Positions 38,980-48,789 of a stretch of DNA of 64,000 nt are shown piece by piece. Positions within the stretch are counted from its first letter, which is position 1. Each line of letters begins with the position of its first letter. Both the position numbers and the translations under genes were made by a program. The stretch comes from Nitrospiraceae bacterium (GTDB lineage: Bacteria > Nitrospirota > Nitrospiria > Nitrospirales > Nitrospiraceae), in contig JBFWWG010000007.1 in NCBI GenBank assembly GCA_050246315.1, positions 32,001 to 96,000 of the forward strand, written 5' to 3'. The notes under the pieces are model-generated. The model ran no database searches and was not told the origin of the DNA. It saw nothing but the letters and a program-made list of their open reading frames with translations.

Positions 38980-39912
38980 TCACAGCTCCTGCAGTTTCCC
39001 GCGGCAGGAATCCACTGTCTCGTATCCCTTATCAGCTAGAACCGCCGCGAGGTCCCGTTCCAGCCGCTCGAACACCTCCACACCTTCTTCAACCAGCACC
39101 GTTCCGACCTGGATCGCAGACGCTCCACAGAGAATGTGCTCGAAGGCATCGATCCCTCGGACAACCCCCCCCGTACCGATAATCGGCACGCGACCCTCCA
39201 GCAGCTTCCAAAAGGCCCGGACATTGGCCAGCGCCACAGGCTTGATGATGGCTCCTCCGAGTCCTCCGAAGCCGCCCTTGGGTTTGATCACCACCGACTC
39301 CTGCTCCGGATCGACGACCAGCGCGTTACCCACCGAATTAATCAGGGAGAGAAAATCCACCTCCGTACGACGGATCACCTCCGCCATCACCTGGTGGTGG
39401 GCAGGATCGAAATATGGGGGAAGCTTCACTCCCATGGGAACGGTGATCAGCGGGCGGACTCGCCTAAGCAGCCGCTCCGAGGCCTCAGGATCATAACCGA
39501 TTTGCGGTTTCCCGGGGATGTTTGGGCAGGACAGATTCACCTCGATCAGATCCGGCTTGCTATTATTGATCTCCTTGGCGATCACGACGAAATCGTCCTC
39601 GCACAGGCCGGCGACGCTGGCGATGACCGGCTTCTTGAAGGCCTGAAGCGAGGGGATCATCTCCGCGTAGGCGAGATAGCCCAGATTGGGCAAGCCCATG
39701 GAATTGATCGAACCAGATGAAAATCCGTAATACCGCGGCTCGGGGTTGCCCTGTCGGGCTTCCACGGTCATCGATTTGGTCACGATGGCTCCGGCACGAG
39801 ACCGGCCCAACCGTTCCAATTCTTCGCGCGTGACGCAGAGCGCCCCGGCGGCGTTCATGAAGCAGGAGGGGAATCGAACTCCCGAAATGATGGTCGATAA
39901 GTCCGGCGTCAT
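38980..39912 (-). CDS. pyrD: Dihydroorotate dehydrogenase, class 1A
   Basis: MNAAG, SINSMGLPN, NLSCPN catalytic Cys, KLPPY, IKPKGGFGGLGG. Confidence 0.92.
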   Translation of the reverse strand: MTPDLSTIISGVRFPSCFMNAAGALCVTREELERLGRSRAGAIVTKSMTVEARQGNPEPRYYGFSSGSINSMGLPNLGYLAYAEMIPSLQAFKKPVIASVAGLCEDDFVVIAKEINNSKPDLIEVNLSCPNIPGKPQIGYDPEASERLLRRVRPLITVPMGVKLPPYFDPAHHQVMAEVIRRTEVDFLSLINSVGNALVVDPEQESVVIKPKGGFGGLGGAIIKPVALANVRAFWKLLEGRVPIIGTGGVVRGIDAFEHILCGASAIQVGTVLVEEGVEVFERLERDLAAVLADKGYETVDSCRGKLQEL

Positions 39913-40625
39913 GGGGCGTCCTGTGGCATCACAGTTGATGGCTCCTCGTGAAGCGACCCGTCCTGCATCCGGCAGAGCCGATCGGCTTGCCGTGCCGCCG
40001 CATCACTGTGTGTGGCTAGCATGATAGTGCAGCCGAAGCGGTGCGGCAAGCTCCGCAAGAGCGCCAGGATCTCTTCGGCGGTTCGCGAATCCAGATTACC
40101 GGTCGGCTCATCCGCGATGAGGAGCCTCGGTCCATGGACAATTCCGCGCGCAATGGCGACGCGCTGTTGCTCTCCGCCCGAAAGCTCGTTCGGCCTGTGC
40201 CTAGCCCGGTCGCGAAGGCCGACCAGTTCCAGACATTCCTCTACCCGGGAGGACAGACTGCGCCCCGCACCACCGCTCAGCAACAGCGGCATGGCGACAT
40301 TCTCCTCGGCCGTCAAGGCAGGCAAGAGGTGGAAGGCCTGAAACACGATCCCGATCAAGTCTCTTCTGGCCCTCGTCCATTGGAGCGAAGACCAGGAACC
40401 GGTAGAGTGTCCATTCACGAGGATATCGCCGGACGTAGGCCGGTCGAGGCCAGCCACCAGGTTCAGCAGAGTGCTCTTACCACAACCGCTTGGCCCGGTC
40501 AGCGCAAGGTATTCTCCGGCTCCCACGGAGAGCGTGACGTCGCGCAAGGCTTGGACCGGTACCGGTCCTCGATCGTAGGTCTTGCTCACTGCGCGCAGTT
40601 GTATGATGTTGGTCTGGATCGACAT
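39909..40625 (-). CDS. ABC transporter ATP-binding protein (LolD/MacB-like)
   Basis: GPSGCGKST, LSGGEQQRVAIAR, ADEPTGNLD. Confidence 0.93.
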   Translation of the reverse strand: MSIQTNIIQLRAVSKTYDRGPVPVQALRDVTLSVGAGEYLALTGPSGCGKSTLLNLVAGLDRPTSGDILVNGHSTGSWSSLQWTRARRDLIGIVFQAFHLLPALTAEENVAMPLLLSGGAGRSLSSRVEECLELVGLRDRARHRPNELSGGEQQRVAIARGIVHGPRLLIADEPTGNLDSRTAEEILALLRSLPHRFGCTIMLATHSDAAARQADRLCRMQDGSLHEEPSTVMPQDAP

Positions 40626-40654
40626 GAGAAGCGGGCTCGTATAGCATATCCACC

Positions 40655-41431
40655 ATGTCGGTTGCACCCTTCCCCTTGACGGTTCCACAGTCATGGCCGA
40701 CAGGGATCGGATCCGTCGGGCGGCGCATCCTGAATCATCTTCTGCCCTTCTCGTGCGGTGCTTGCGGTATCGGCTTGACGGACGACCCCCTCCCTTTCAT
40801 CTGCCGACTCTGTTGGGCGCGGATCACACCGCTGCCACAACCTCGCTGTCCTCGCTGCGGTATCCCATTTGCCTCACCGCATACTTTGATCTATAGCCCC
40901 GACCACACCTGCCGGTCCTGCCGTCGCCACAAGCCGTCCTACACCCGAGCTTGGTCCCTCTTTCCTTACGAATCCTCTCTGCGGAACCTGGTCCATCTAC
41001 TCAAGTACAGGAAAAAGATCGCGCTGGGATCGGTCTTAGGTCGGTTGATGTGTGAGCACCTCCCTGCGCTTCCTGAGATCGATTTGGTCATGCCGGTGCC
41101 GCTGGCTCGCCAACGGCTGCTGGAGCGGGAGTACAACCAGTCCCTGTTGTTGGCGGATCCCATCTCCCGCGCCATCGGCAAACCGTTGGACTGGCACAGC
41201 CTCGTCCGTATCCGACCACGTACTCCCCAAACAGCGTTGCCTCGCCGGGCCCGGCTCAAGAATCTTCGACGCACCTTTGCGGTCGCCAACCCCGCACAAA
41301 TCTCCGGCCAGCGCGTGCTCCTGGTCGACGACGTCTTCACAACCGGCACGACGGTCAACGAATGTGCGAAAGCCCTTCGCAAGGCCGGCAGCGCCGCAGT
41401 ATATGTCGTGACGCTGACTCGAACCTTGTAG
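40655..41431 (+). CDS. comF: ComF-family protein (double zinc ribbon + PRTase)
   Basis: Four CxxC, REYNQS, LLVDDVFTTGTT. Confidence 0.9.
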   Translation: MSVAPFPLTVPQSWPTGIGSVGRRILNHLLPFSCGACGIGLTDDPLPFICRLCWARITPLPQPRCPRCGIPFASPHTLIYSPDHTCRSCRRHKPSYTRAWSLFPYESSLRNLVHLLKYRKKIALGSVLGRLMCEHLPALPEIDLVMPVPLARQRLLEREYNQSLLLADPISRAIGKPLDWHSLVRIRPRTPQTALPRRARLKNLRRTFAVANPAQISGQRVLLVDDVFTTGTTVNECAKALRKAGSAAVYVVTLTRTL

Positions 41432-41478
41432 CGTCTGTCCGCAGCGCCTTCCTGCTCGCTACCAGTTTGTAATGTGGC

Positions 41479-41507
41479 TTGACAAGCCGGCTCCATCCTC
41501 CTACCAT
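41479..41507 (+). promoter_or_regulatory. Sigma70 promoter upstream of mraZ
   Basis: TTGACA-17-TACCAT. Confidence 0.65.
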
Positions 41508-41603
41508 GGCCTCATCAGCGCACCTTCCAAGCCCGTTTCACCACACGGGCGGTCGTGATCACCATTTCCGAGCAACATCGGTTTCAGTTCCTTATAGCGA
41601 ACG

Positions 41604-42086
41604 ATGGACCTTGGCAATCTGAGAGAAGAGAAGCGAGGCCAGTCCTTCTTTGCCGGAGAATACCTCTGCAAAGTCGATGAAAAGGGCCGGTTTATCATGC
41701 CCTCCCCTATTCGAGAGCAAGTCGAATCCGAGGCCAGAGGTGTCGTCTTCCTGAAGGGGCCGGAGCAATCATTGTGGATATACACCGCTCCCGAGTGGGA
41801 GCGTGTCCTCGGACGCATGCAGTCCAAATTGGACGAGGACCAAAGCCGCCTGTTTATGCACTTTATCGTGTCGGAAGCCGGCAATTCCGATCTGGATAAA
41901 ACCGGCCGTGTGCTGATCCCCGGCCGATTACGCAAGCTCATCCCGCTGGATGAAGACCAGGAGGTGGTGCTTGTCGGCATGTACCACCGGATCGAACTCT
42001 GGAATCCATCGGACTGGCGTCGCTACATCAGCAAGACCGAAGATCACTACGAGCAAAATATCGGCAAGATTCTCAACCTGTTGTGA
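41604..42086 (+). CDS. mraZ: MraZ-family transcriptional regulator
   Basis: FAGEY..KVDEKGRFIMP and LDKTGRVLIP (two DxxGR motifs), IELW. Confidence 0.9.
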   Translation: MDLGNLREEKRGQSFFAGEYLCKVDEKGRFIMPSPIREQVESEARGVVFLKGPEQSLWIYTAPEWERVLGRMQSKLDEDQSRLFMHFIVSEAGNSDLDKTGRVLIPGRLRKLIPLDEDQEVVLVGMYHRIELWNPSDWRRYISKTEDHYEQNIGKILNLL

Positions 42087-42718
42087 CCCTCCGCCCATCC
42101 GACTTCTCATCCCGTAAGCAGAATCGATATCCGGTCGCTGCACGCATGGTGTCCTATCGCGGTCGACATTCGGCCTCGTCCGACGACGTGCTCTCCATCG
42201 TCGAACGTGTGGCTGTGCCGTCCCGCGGACTCGATTTCCTCAGAAACACGTCCTCCTCCAAGTCGATGAGAAGACCATCGGCGTCCGGTCCGCCGGTTCC
42301 CTTTCCAGATCCTTGCATCACCGATTCACGTCTGGAAGCGATCCTCCCGGTTCCACCGAGTATCAACCACCAATATGCGACGGTCAACGGCCGCCGCGTG
42401 CTGACGGCGGCCGGTCGATCCTACAAACTGGAGGTCGCTCAGATCGTCGCGGTCGGACTCGCCCGTTCTCCCGGGCGAACCGTCTTTCTGAACAGGGCCC
42501 AATCGGGCGCCCTTTCACTCACGATCCGATTCTGCTTCATTTCAGCGCTCCGGCGGGACGTGGATAGCGGGTTGAAAATCGCGCAGGACGCGCTCTGCGC
42601 CGGCCTGGGGATCAACGACAATCGGATCACGGAAATCCATCTATTCAAGCGACAGGATAAGGACTATCCGCGCATCGAGGTGACACTCTCTCTGTTGGAT
42701 CAGCCCTGCTCTGGTTGA
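42083..42718 (+). CDS. rusA: RusA-family Holliday junction resolvase (start uncertain)
   Basis: LPVPPSINH, RRDVDSGLKIAQDAL, PRIEV. Confidence 0.82.
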   Translation: MTLRPSDFSSRKQNRYPVAARMVSYRGRHSASSDDVLSIVERVAVPSRGLDFLRNTSSSKSMRRPSASGPPVPFPDPCITDSRLEAILPVPPSINHQYATVNGRRVLTAAGRSYKLEVAQIVAVGLARSPGRTVFLNRAQSGALSLTIRFCFISALRRDVDSGLKIAQDALCAGLGINDNRITEIHLFKRQDKDYPRIEVTLSLLDQPCSG

Positions 42719-42925
42719 TCCGGCTCGACCTGCGGCAGGCGGATCAAGGAGAGTACCGTCGATGGGAGGGTTCTTGAATCGATCGTAACGTTGCTGATGA
42801 CGATCACCGCGGCACAAGCCTACGCTTGATTGTTGGAACTGGCTCCGACCAGCTACAGCAATCTTCCCTCGCCCCCGGCCTCAACCCCCAAGCGCCAGGG
42901 CAGAAAGTAACTTCCGCCGGTCGAT

Positions 42926-44161
42926 CTATTCATACCGAAGCGCCTCGATCGGGTTCAGTCGAGACGCCTTGTTAGCCGGATAGAGCCCAAAAAAGAGCCC
43001 AATCGCTACGGAGCATGCGAACGCGACCAGAATCGACGTTGCCGAAATGATCGTGGGCCAGCCGGCCACAGCCGTGGCCACCTTCGAGGCCACCATCCCC
43101 ACGACGATCCCCGCCACCCCTCCGAGCACACTCAGCGTGACCGCTTCGATCAAGAATTGAAAGAGGATATGCCACCGCTTGGCTCCGACGGCCATTCTGA
43201 CACCGATCTCCCTGGTCCGCTCGGTGACCGAGACCAGGAGAATGTTCATGATTCCGATACCGCCGACCACGAGCGAGATTGAAGCCACCGCGAACAACAG
43301 ATTAGTAATGGTCGCCGTGACGCCCTCCTGAACTTTACCGATATCCACCTGCGTACGGACGGTAAAGTCGTCCGGTTGGTCCGACTGAAGCCGGTGACGT
43401 CCTCGCACCACCTCCCTAATCCGCTCGACGGCTTCAGGCAGGTCTTCCGGCCTGGCAGTTGACGCAAAGAGAGCCCCGACCGAGCCGAGAAACGAGGTGC
43501 CGACGACCTTCCGTTCCGCCGTGGTGAAGGGAATGAAGACGATATCATCCTGATCCGATCCCTGGGCCGATTGACCTTTGGGAGCCAGGACACCGACAAC
43601 CGTGAAGGGTACATTCCTGATGCGAATGGCGGCTCCCACCGGGTCTTCACCCGGCTCAAACAGGTTCTCGGCCACGGTGTGCCCGATCAACGCCACTCGG
43701 GCCGCCTGATCCATATCCGCCTGCGTGAAGGGTCCGCCGCCGGCGAAGGACCAATCTCGGATCATCAGATACGACGGGGAGATCCCGTTCACCGGTCCGT
43801 TCCAGTTCTTGTTGCCGCTGACGATCTGCAACACGTCTCGCTTCGCCCAACCGGTGTCCAGCAGCAACGGCACTTTCTTTTTCAAATCCAGCGCGTCCGC
43901 CACGGTGAGCGTGACGGCGGCGCCTTGGCCCGCTCTCACACCGCCCACAGTGGTGGCGCCTGGGAATACAACGATGACATTCGTACCGATCGAGGCGATT
44001 TGAGTCTGGACGAGCAGGCGAGCCCCTTGGCCGATGCTGACCATGGCGATGACCGCCGCCACCCCGATGATGATGCCGAGGATCGTGAGGGCCGCGCGGA
44101 GCCGATTGCGCGCGATGACCCGGAAGGCGGTTGTGATGGTCAGGTGGAGGAAGGCGTACAT
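42926..44161 (-). CDS. MacB-type ABC transporter permease
   Basis: LTILGIIIGVAAV, VGGIGIMNILLVSVTERTREIG, PIEALRYE. Confidence 0.94.
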   Translation of the reverse strand: MYAFLHLTITTAFRVIARNRLRAALTILGIIIGVAAVIAMVSIGQGARLLVQTQIASIGTNVIVVFPGATTVGGVRAGQGAAVTLTVADALDLKKKVPLLLDTGWAKRDVLQIVSGNKNWNGPVNGISPSYLMIRDWSFAGGGPFTQADMDQAARVALIGHTVAENLFEPGEDPVGAAIRIRNVPFTVVGVLAPKGQSAQGSDQDDIVFIPFTTAERKVVGTSFLGSVGALFASTARPEDLPEAVERIREVVRGRHRLQSDQPDDFTVRTQVDIGKVQEGVTATITNLLFAVASISLVVGGIGIMNILLVSVTERTREIGVRMAVGAKRWHILFQFLIEAVTLSVLGGVAGIVVGMVASKVATAVAGWPTIISATSILVAFACSVAIGLFFGLYPANKASRLNPIEALRYE

Positions 44162-44871
44162 GACGGAGCAGAAATCATGGCCGAGGAAATATGTCGGTCG
44201 CTCACAACTTCACCGTCTCGCATCATCAGTTGGCGAGACGCATGGGCCGCGATGTGGGCTTCATGGGTCACAAGAATGACAGTAAGACCTTCGTCATGGT
44301 TCAGGCCTTGGAGGATGCGCATGATCTCCCGGCTGGATTCCGTATCGAGATTGCCTGTGGGTTCGTCCGCCAGGAGAATCGACGGGGCCGAAACCAGGGC
44401 CCTGGCAATCGCGACTCGCTGCTGCTGCCCTCCGGACAATTGGGGAGGGTAATGCGATTCTCGCCCCGACAGCCCGACGCGGGCAAGTGCGGCCGACGCC
44501 CGAGCCCGCTGTTCGTTCAGCGCGACGCCTCGATAGAACAGCGGAAGCTGGGCATTTTCCAACGCGCTCGTGCGGGGAATCAGGTTGAAACTTTGAAAGA
44601 CGAACCCGATCTTCCGATTTCGAATCTCGGCCAACTCATCGGGCGATGCAGATCCGATCTCCTGCCCATCCAAGAGGTAGGCCCCGCTGGTCGGGTGGTC
44701 CAGGCAGCCAAGGATGTGCATGAGTGTGGATTTGCCCGATCCCGATGGACCAAGAATCGCGATGAACTCCCCTCCTTGCACTCGAAGGTTGATCCCTCGA
44801 AGCGCCGGCACTTCGACCGATCCAACCCGGTAGACCTTCCAGACATCCCGGCAGTCGATCAGATCACCCAT
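44140..44871 (-). CDS. MacB-type ABC transporter ATP-binding protein
   Basis: GPSGSGKST, LSGGQQQR, ADEPTGNLD. Confidence 0.94.
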   Translation of the reverse strand: MGDLIDCRDVWKVYRVGSVEVPALRGINLRVQGGEFIAILGPSGSGKSTLMHILGCLDHPTSGAYLLDGQEIGSASPDELAEIRNRKIGFVFQSFNLIPRTSALENAQLPLFYRGVALNEQRARASAALARVGLSGRESHYPPQLSGGQQQRVAIARALVSAPSILLADEPTGNLDTESSREIMRILQGLNHDEGLTVILVTHEAHIAAHASRQLMMRDGEVVSDRHISSAMISAPSCTPSST

Positions 44872-44895
44872 GGGCTCTTGCGGATAGACCGGATT

Positions 44896-46146
44896 CTACA
44901 GGTTGCGATCGCGCCCAGAACGTTGCCGCGGCGAGCCGAAACCGGGCGGCAAATTGGTGGCCTTCTGTTCCGACCTCGGTGACTCCAGTCCGACAATGAC
45001 GCGGTCTCCCTCCTGCAGCGTGGCCCCGGCGACCTCCGTGAACAGGCCGTCCGAGAGTCCGGGTTGGATCGGAACAGCTTCCGGCCGATCTCCGCTCCCG
45101 AGCCGCCAGAGAGATTTCCCCCTTGGTTCCGCTACAACGTCAGTCTTCGGCGCCGCCGTCGCGGAGTCGATCGCACCGCCACCCAATGGTACGGCGGGCG
45201 GCATGAAACGCAAGGCAGCGGTGGGCACTTTCAACACCTGCTCGCGCTGCGCCACCACGATTGACACATTGGCGGTCATGCCCGGCTTCAACCGAAGGTC
45301 TTGGTTCTCGACCTCCACCACCACATTGTAGGTGACCACATTCTGGATGTTGATCGGCGCGTTGCGTACCTGCCGGATCTTGCCACGAAACAATTCCCCC
45401 GGATAGGCATCCACCGTGAAGACCGCCTCCTTCCCCTCGGCAATGCCCCCGATATCGGCTTCGCTCACATTCGTATCCACCTGCATGTGGGTCAAGTCCA
45501 AGGCGATCAAGAACAGGTTGGGGGTGGCGAAGCTCGCAGCGACCGTCTGGCCCACCTCGACGTTGCGGGCAATCACTATCCCGTTCACCGGGGAGCGAAT
45601 CGTGGTGTACCTCAAATCGAGCTCGGCGGCAGCCAACGTCGCTTCCGCCTGCTTGAGTTGAGCTTCGGCCAACTTCAGGTGGGCCTGGGCGTTTTCGTGG
45701 GCCGTGCGGGCCACATCCACGTCGTTTTGTGACACGAACTGTTGGGCGAGCAATCCCTTTATGCGTTCCAGTTCGCGTGTCCGTTGCGTGAGATCCACCC
45801 TCGCCTTCGAAACGGCCGCCTGCGCCATTCCTAGGTTGCCCGCAGTCTGATCCCGCCTGGCTTGAAAGGGAGCTGGATCGATCTGCGCAATCACCTCCCC
45901 CGATTTGACGACCGAGTTGAAATCCGCATTGAGGCTCTTGATCATTCCCGAGACCTGGGTCCCAACCTGCACCGCGACGACGGGAGTCACCGTCCCGGTC
46001 GCATTGACGACCGACACGACCGCTCCCCGCTCGAGTACGGCCGTCTTGTACCGAATCACCGTGGGAGAATCACTTCCAAACAAGAGAAACCACACTCCGA
46101 CTCCCACGGCACCCAGCAATGCGATAATCGCGAATGTTCGACGCAT
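44896..46146 (-). CDS. MacA-like efflux periplasmic adaptor subunit
   Basis: N-terminal TM, VQVGTQVSG, IRSPVNG..GQTVAAS, LKPGMTA. Confidence 0.93.
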   Translation of the reverse strand: MRRTFAIIALLGAVGVGVWFLLFGSDSPTVIRYKTAVLERGAVVSVVNATGTVTPVVAVQVGTQVSGMIKSLNADFNSVVKSGEVIAQIDPAPFQARRDQTAGNLGMAQAAVSKARVDLTQRTRELERIKGLLAQQFVSQNDVDVARTAHENAQAHLKLAEAQLKQAEATLAAAELDLRYTTIRSPVNGIVIARNVEVGQTVAASFATPNLFLIALDLTHMQVDTNVSEADIGGIAEGKEAVFTVDAYPGELFRGKIRQVRNAPINIQNVVTYNVVVEVENQDLRLKPGMTANVSIVVAQREQVLKVPTAALRFMPPAVPLGGGAIDSATAAPKTDVVAEPRGKSLWRLGSGDRPEAVPIQPGLSDGLFTEVAGATLQEGDRVIVGLESPRSEQKATNLPPGFGSPRQRSGRDRNL

Positions 46147-46269
46147 ACATTCAGCCTTCGGCCTGGGCTATTCTACCAAGTCGATCCCTGCGGAGCCATC
46201 CCGGCTGGTCTCTGGCGATCCCTATTCCGGAGCGGTTTTCTTGCGCACGCAGACTAGCCCCACAACACA

Positions 46270-46304
46270 AAGGGGCTGTTTGCCGCATCGGCAAACAGCC
46301 CCTT
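46270..46304 (-). terminator. Strong stem-loop after the HhH lipoprotein gene
   Basis: aaggggctgtttgccg-cat-cggcaaacagcccctt perfect 16-bp inverted repeat. Confidence 0.7.
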
Positions 46305-46329
46305 CACCCTACCGCAGCGCTTGCTTCCC

Positions 46330-47067
46330 TTACGGGCTGACCGTCACACGATCCTTGATGACGTCATAGGTTTCTTTCGGCACAACGTTCTTCGCTACCA
46401 ACTCTCCCTTGAGTCGGTAAGGACGATGGCTCACGATCTTTTCCGCCACATCCTTCGTCACTCCCAGTTGCTCCACCATTTCACCGGCCGTCGCCTTGTT
46501 GAGATTCAGGGGCGCCCCGGCTCCCATCGGCGGCAGCCCGGAAGGCGCCGCCTTGGCCCCAAGCCCAGGAGGAGAGGTCGCAGCCGACGGACCTGGCGCG
46601 CCGGGCAGCGATAAGGCTGGTGGTTGAGCACTCCCTGGGACCGGCACGGGAGTCCGATCCTTCAACTCTTTTTGATAGCGAGCGACCAGGGATTTCAGCG
46701 TCTCGTTATGCCGCTTCACATCCTCGTATTCGTGGCGGAGGCTCCGCTGTTGCGCGCTGAGCTGCGCCACTCTCTGCTCTAACTCTTTCGTATGCGTGTC
46801 CACGGAGGACCGCTCCTTGTCTCGGCCATGCTCAATCCGCTGGAGCTCATCGCGCGCGGCCTGGGCTTCGTTGCTGAATTTGACGTTCAACTCCTTGAGG
46901 GTTTTGACCTGTTGTTCCAGCGCGGTCTTTTGTGAACGGGTTCGCTCCAGCTCGGTCAGCGTCGCCTCCTTTTCGGACACCATTTCATTATACTTACCGG
47001 AGCTCACGCAGCCGCCGACAAGGCAGGCCGTCACAAGTGCTCCCGTCACGGCGTAGATCGGTTTCAT
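46330..47067 (-). CDS. Lipoprotein with coiled coil, Pro-rich linker and C-terminal ComEA-like helix-hairpin-helix domain
   Basis: Lipobox LVGGC; heptad region; LNLNKATAGEM..LGV...AEKIVSHRPY. Confidence 0.8.
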   Translation of the reverse strand: MKPIYAVTGALVTACLVGGCVSSGKYNEMVSEKEATLTELERTRSQKTALEQQVKTLKELNVKFSNEAQAARDELQRIEHGRDKERSSVDTHTKELEQRVAQLSAQQRSLRHEYEDVKRHNETLKSLVARYQKELKDRTPVPVPGSAQPPALSLPGAPGPSAATSPPGLGAKAAPSGLPPMGAGAPLNLNKATAGEMVEQLGVTKDVAEKIVSHRPYRLKGELVAKNVVPKETYDVIKDRVTVSP

Positions 47068-47321
47068 GGACTCTCTCCTTTCGCGTTACATGATCATGCA
47101 ATACTGTGGTGGGACTGAGACTCGGCCAGCTATGCTGTCATGTATTGTATCAGCTCGGTTTTGTCAACTCATTTGCGTTCTCTGTCCCGCGGACAGCGCA
47201 CGCCTGGCCGGCCGACAGACACATCCGCATGGCGCTTGACGCACAGCAGCGGCTCTGTGATGATGGCCGCCGTGCATTCCAGCCGACTCTCCGACGTCAT
47301 CCTCATCAAAGGAAGGTACTT

Positions 47322-48200
47322 GTGAATGAATGGGGTCCGGAACTGGCCGTTCTGCTGGGTCTTGTCGAAGGGTTGACGGAATATTTGCCGGTATCCTCCA
47401 CAGGCCACCTCATTTTGGTCGGTCACGCCGTTGGGTTTACTGGAGAGATCGCGTCCAGCGTCGAAATTTCCATCCAACTCGGCGCCATCCTGGCAGTGAT
47501 CGTCTATGAATGGAGCAAGATCAAAACACTCGCCGCACGCGCATACCAGGACCAGCTTGACTTCCGACGCATGGCAACGGAACACGCACCTGCCTCGTGG
47601 ACTCTGGTACTTCGAGAGTCATTTCGCCTCCACCCGAGCCTGTGGTTCATCGTCGGAATCGGACTCGCTTTCCTGCCGGCCGCCCTGGTGGGCATTATCG
47701 CGCACGGGTGGATCAAGGATCATCTCTTCACTCCCTACACGGTGGCCCTCTCGTCTATCGCGGGAGGGCTGGTCATCCTGGCGGCCGAAGCCATGAAGGA
47801 TCGTCCACGGATCAAGGAACTGCCACAGGTGACGCTCTCCCACGCCTGGTGGATCGGTCTGGCCCAATGCGCGTCGTTGATTCCCGGCATGTCCCGCTCC
47901 GGCTCCACCATCGTCGGCGGGCTTCTGGCCGGCCTCGATCGAAAGGTGGCGACGGAATATTCGTTCTTCCTCGCCCTCCCAACCCTTATCGCCGCAACGC
48001 TGTATCAATTCACAAAATCGCAGGCGCTCATGTCACGAGCGGATCTGTTGGCACTCGGCATTGGCCTGGTCGTGTCGTTTTTTACCGCTTGGGCCGTCAT
48101 TGCGCTGTTCATGGGATTCGTCAAGCGCCACACGCTCCGAGCCTTTGCGTACTATCGGATGGGGTTGGGAGCATTGGTCCTCTATGTGTTCGCAGGCTAG
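47322..48200 (+). CDS. uppP: Undecaprenyl-diphosphate phosphatase
   Basis: GLVEGLTEYLPVSSTGH, IQLGA, PGMSRSGST, EYSFFL; GTG start after GGAAGG. Confidence 0.95.
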   Translation: MNEWGPELAVLLGLVEGLTEYLPVSSTGHLILVGHAVGFTGEIASSVEISIQLGAILAVIVYEWSKIKTLAARAYQDQLDFRRMATEHAPASWTLVLRESFRLHPSLWFIVGIGLAFLPAALVGIIAHGWIKDHLFTPYTVALSSIAGGLVILAAEAMKDRPRIKELPQVTLSHAWWIGLAQCASLIPGMSRSGSTIVGGLLAGLDRKVATEYSFFLALPTLIAATLYQFTKSQALMSRADLLALGIGLVVSFFTAWAVIALFMGFVKRHTLRAFAYYRMGLGALVLYVFAG

Positions 48201-48261
48201 GCCATCCGACCATCGATGGGATGGAGGATCGCCTACGAGGGAGGGACAAGCGTTGGTGGGA

Positions 48262-48789
48262 TCAGGAATCCGGACGAACGGCGGCCGCCGGCGGAGGAGC
48301 TTCGGTCTTCTTCTCAAACGCAAAGTGCAGGATGAGAAAAAAGACTCCGACGCTGATCGCGGCATCCGCCACGTTGAATGCCGGCCAGTGGTACGACCCA
48401 ACATAAAAATCGAGAAAGTCGATCACCTCGCCGAACCGCACACGATCCAGCAGATTGCCAATGGCGCCGCCGAGAATGCCGGCGATGCTGTACTGGCCCA
48501 TCAAATCCTGTTCCGGTAGCCGGACGAGAATCGTCCCCAGCAACACCACGGCGAAAATCGAGGTAAAAGCGAAGAAGATGAGGCGAAACCCCGTGCTGCT
48601 CCCCGCCATCAGTCCGAACGCCGCACCGGGATTTCGAATATAGGTGAGGTTGAACAGATCAGGTATGATCGGGGTCGATTCATGCAATTGCATCGACTGC
48701 ATGATTTGGAGCTTCGTCAGTTGGTCGGTAAAGACGACCGCTCCGCTGACCAGCGCGAGCAGCAGAAATCTGGTTCCACCGGCGGTCAC
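48262..48789 (-). CDS. lspA: Lipoprotein signal peptidase II
   Basis: [30 protein letters not shown]. Confidence 0.96.
   Translation of the reverse strand: MTAGGTRFLLLALVSGAVVFTDQLTKLQIMQSMQLHESTPIIPDLFNLTYIRNPGAAFGLMAGSSTGFRLIFFAFTSIFAVVLLGTILVRLPEQDLMGQYSIAGILGGAIGNLLDRVRFGEVIDFLDFYVGSYHWPAFNVADAAISVGVFFLILHFAFEKKTEAPPPAAAVRPDS

Noticed and set aside
42719..42925. Small ORF or sRNA after rusA
   Set aside because: An SD-like AAGGAG is followed only by a very short frame; no supporting structure
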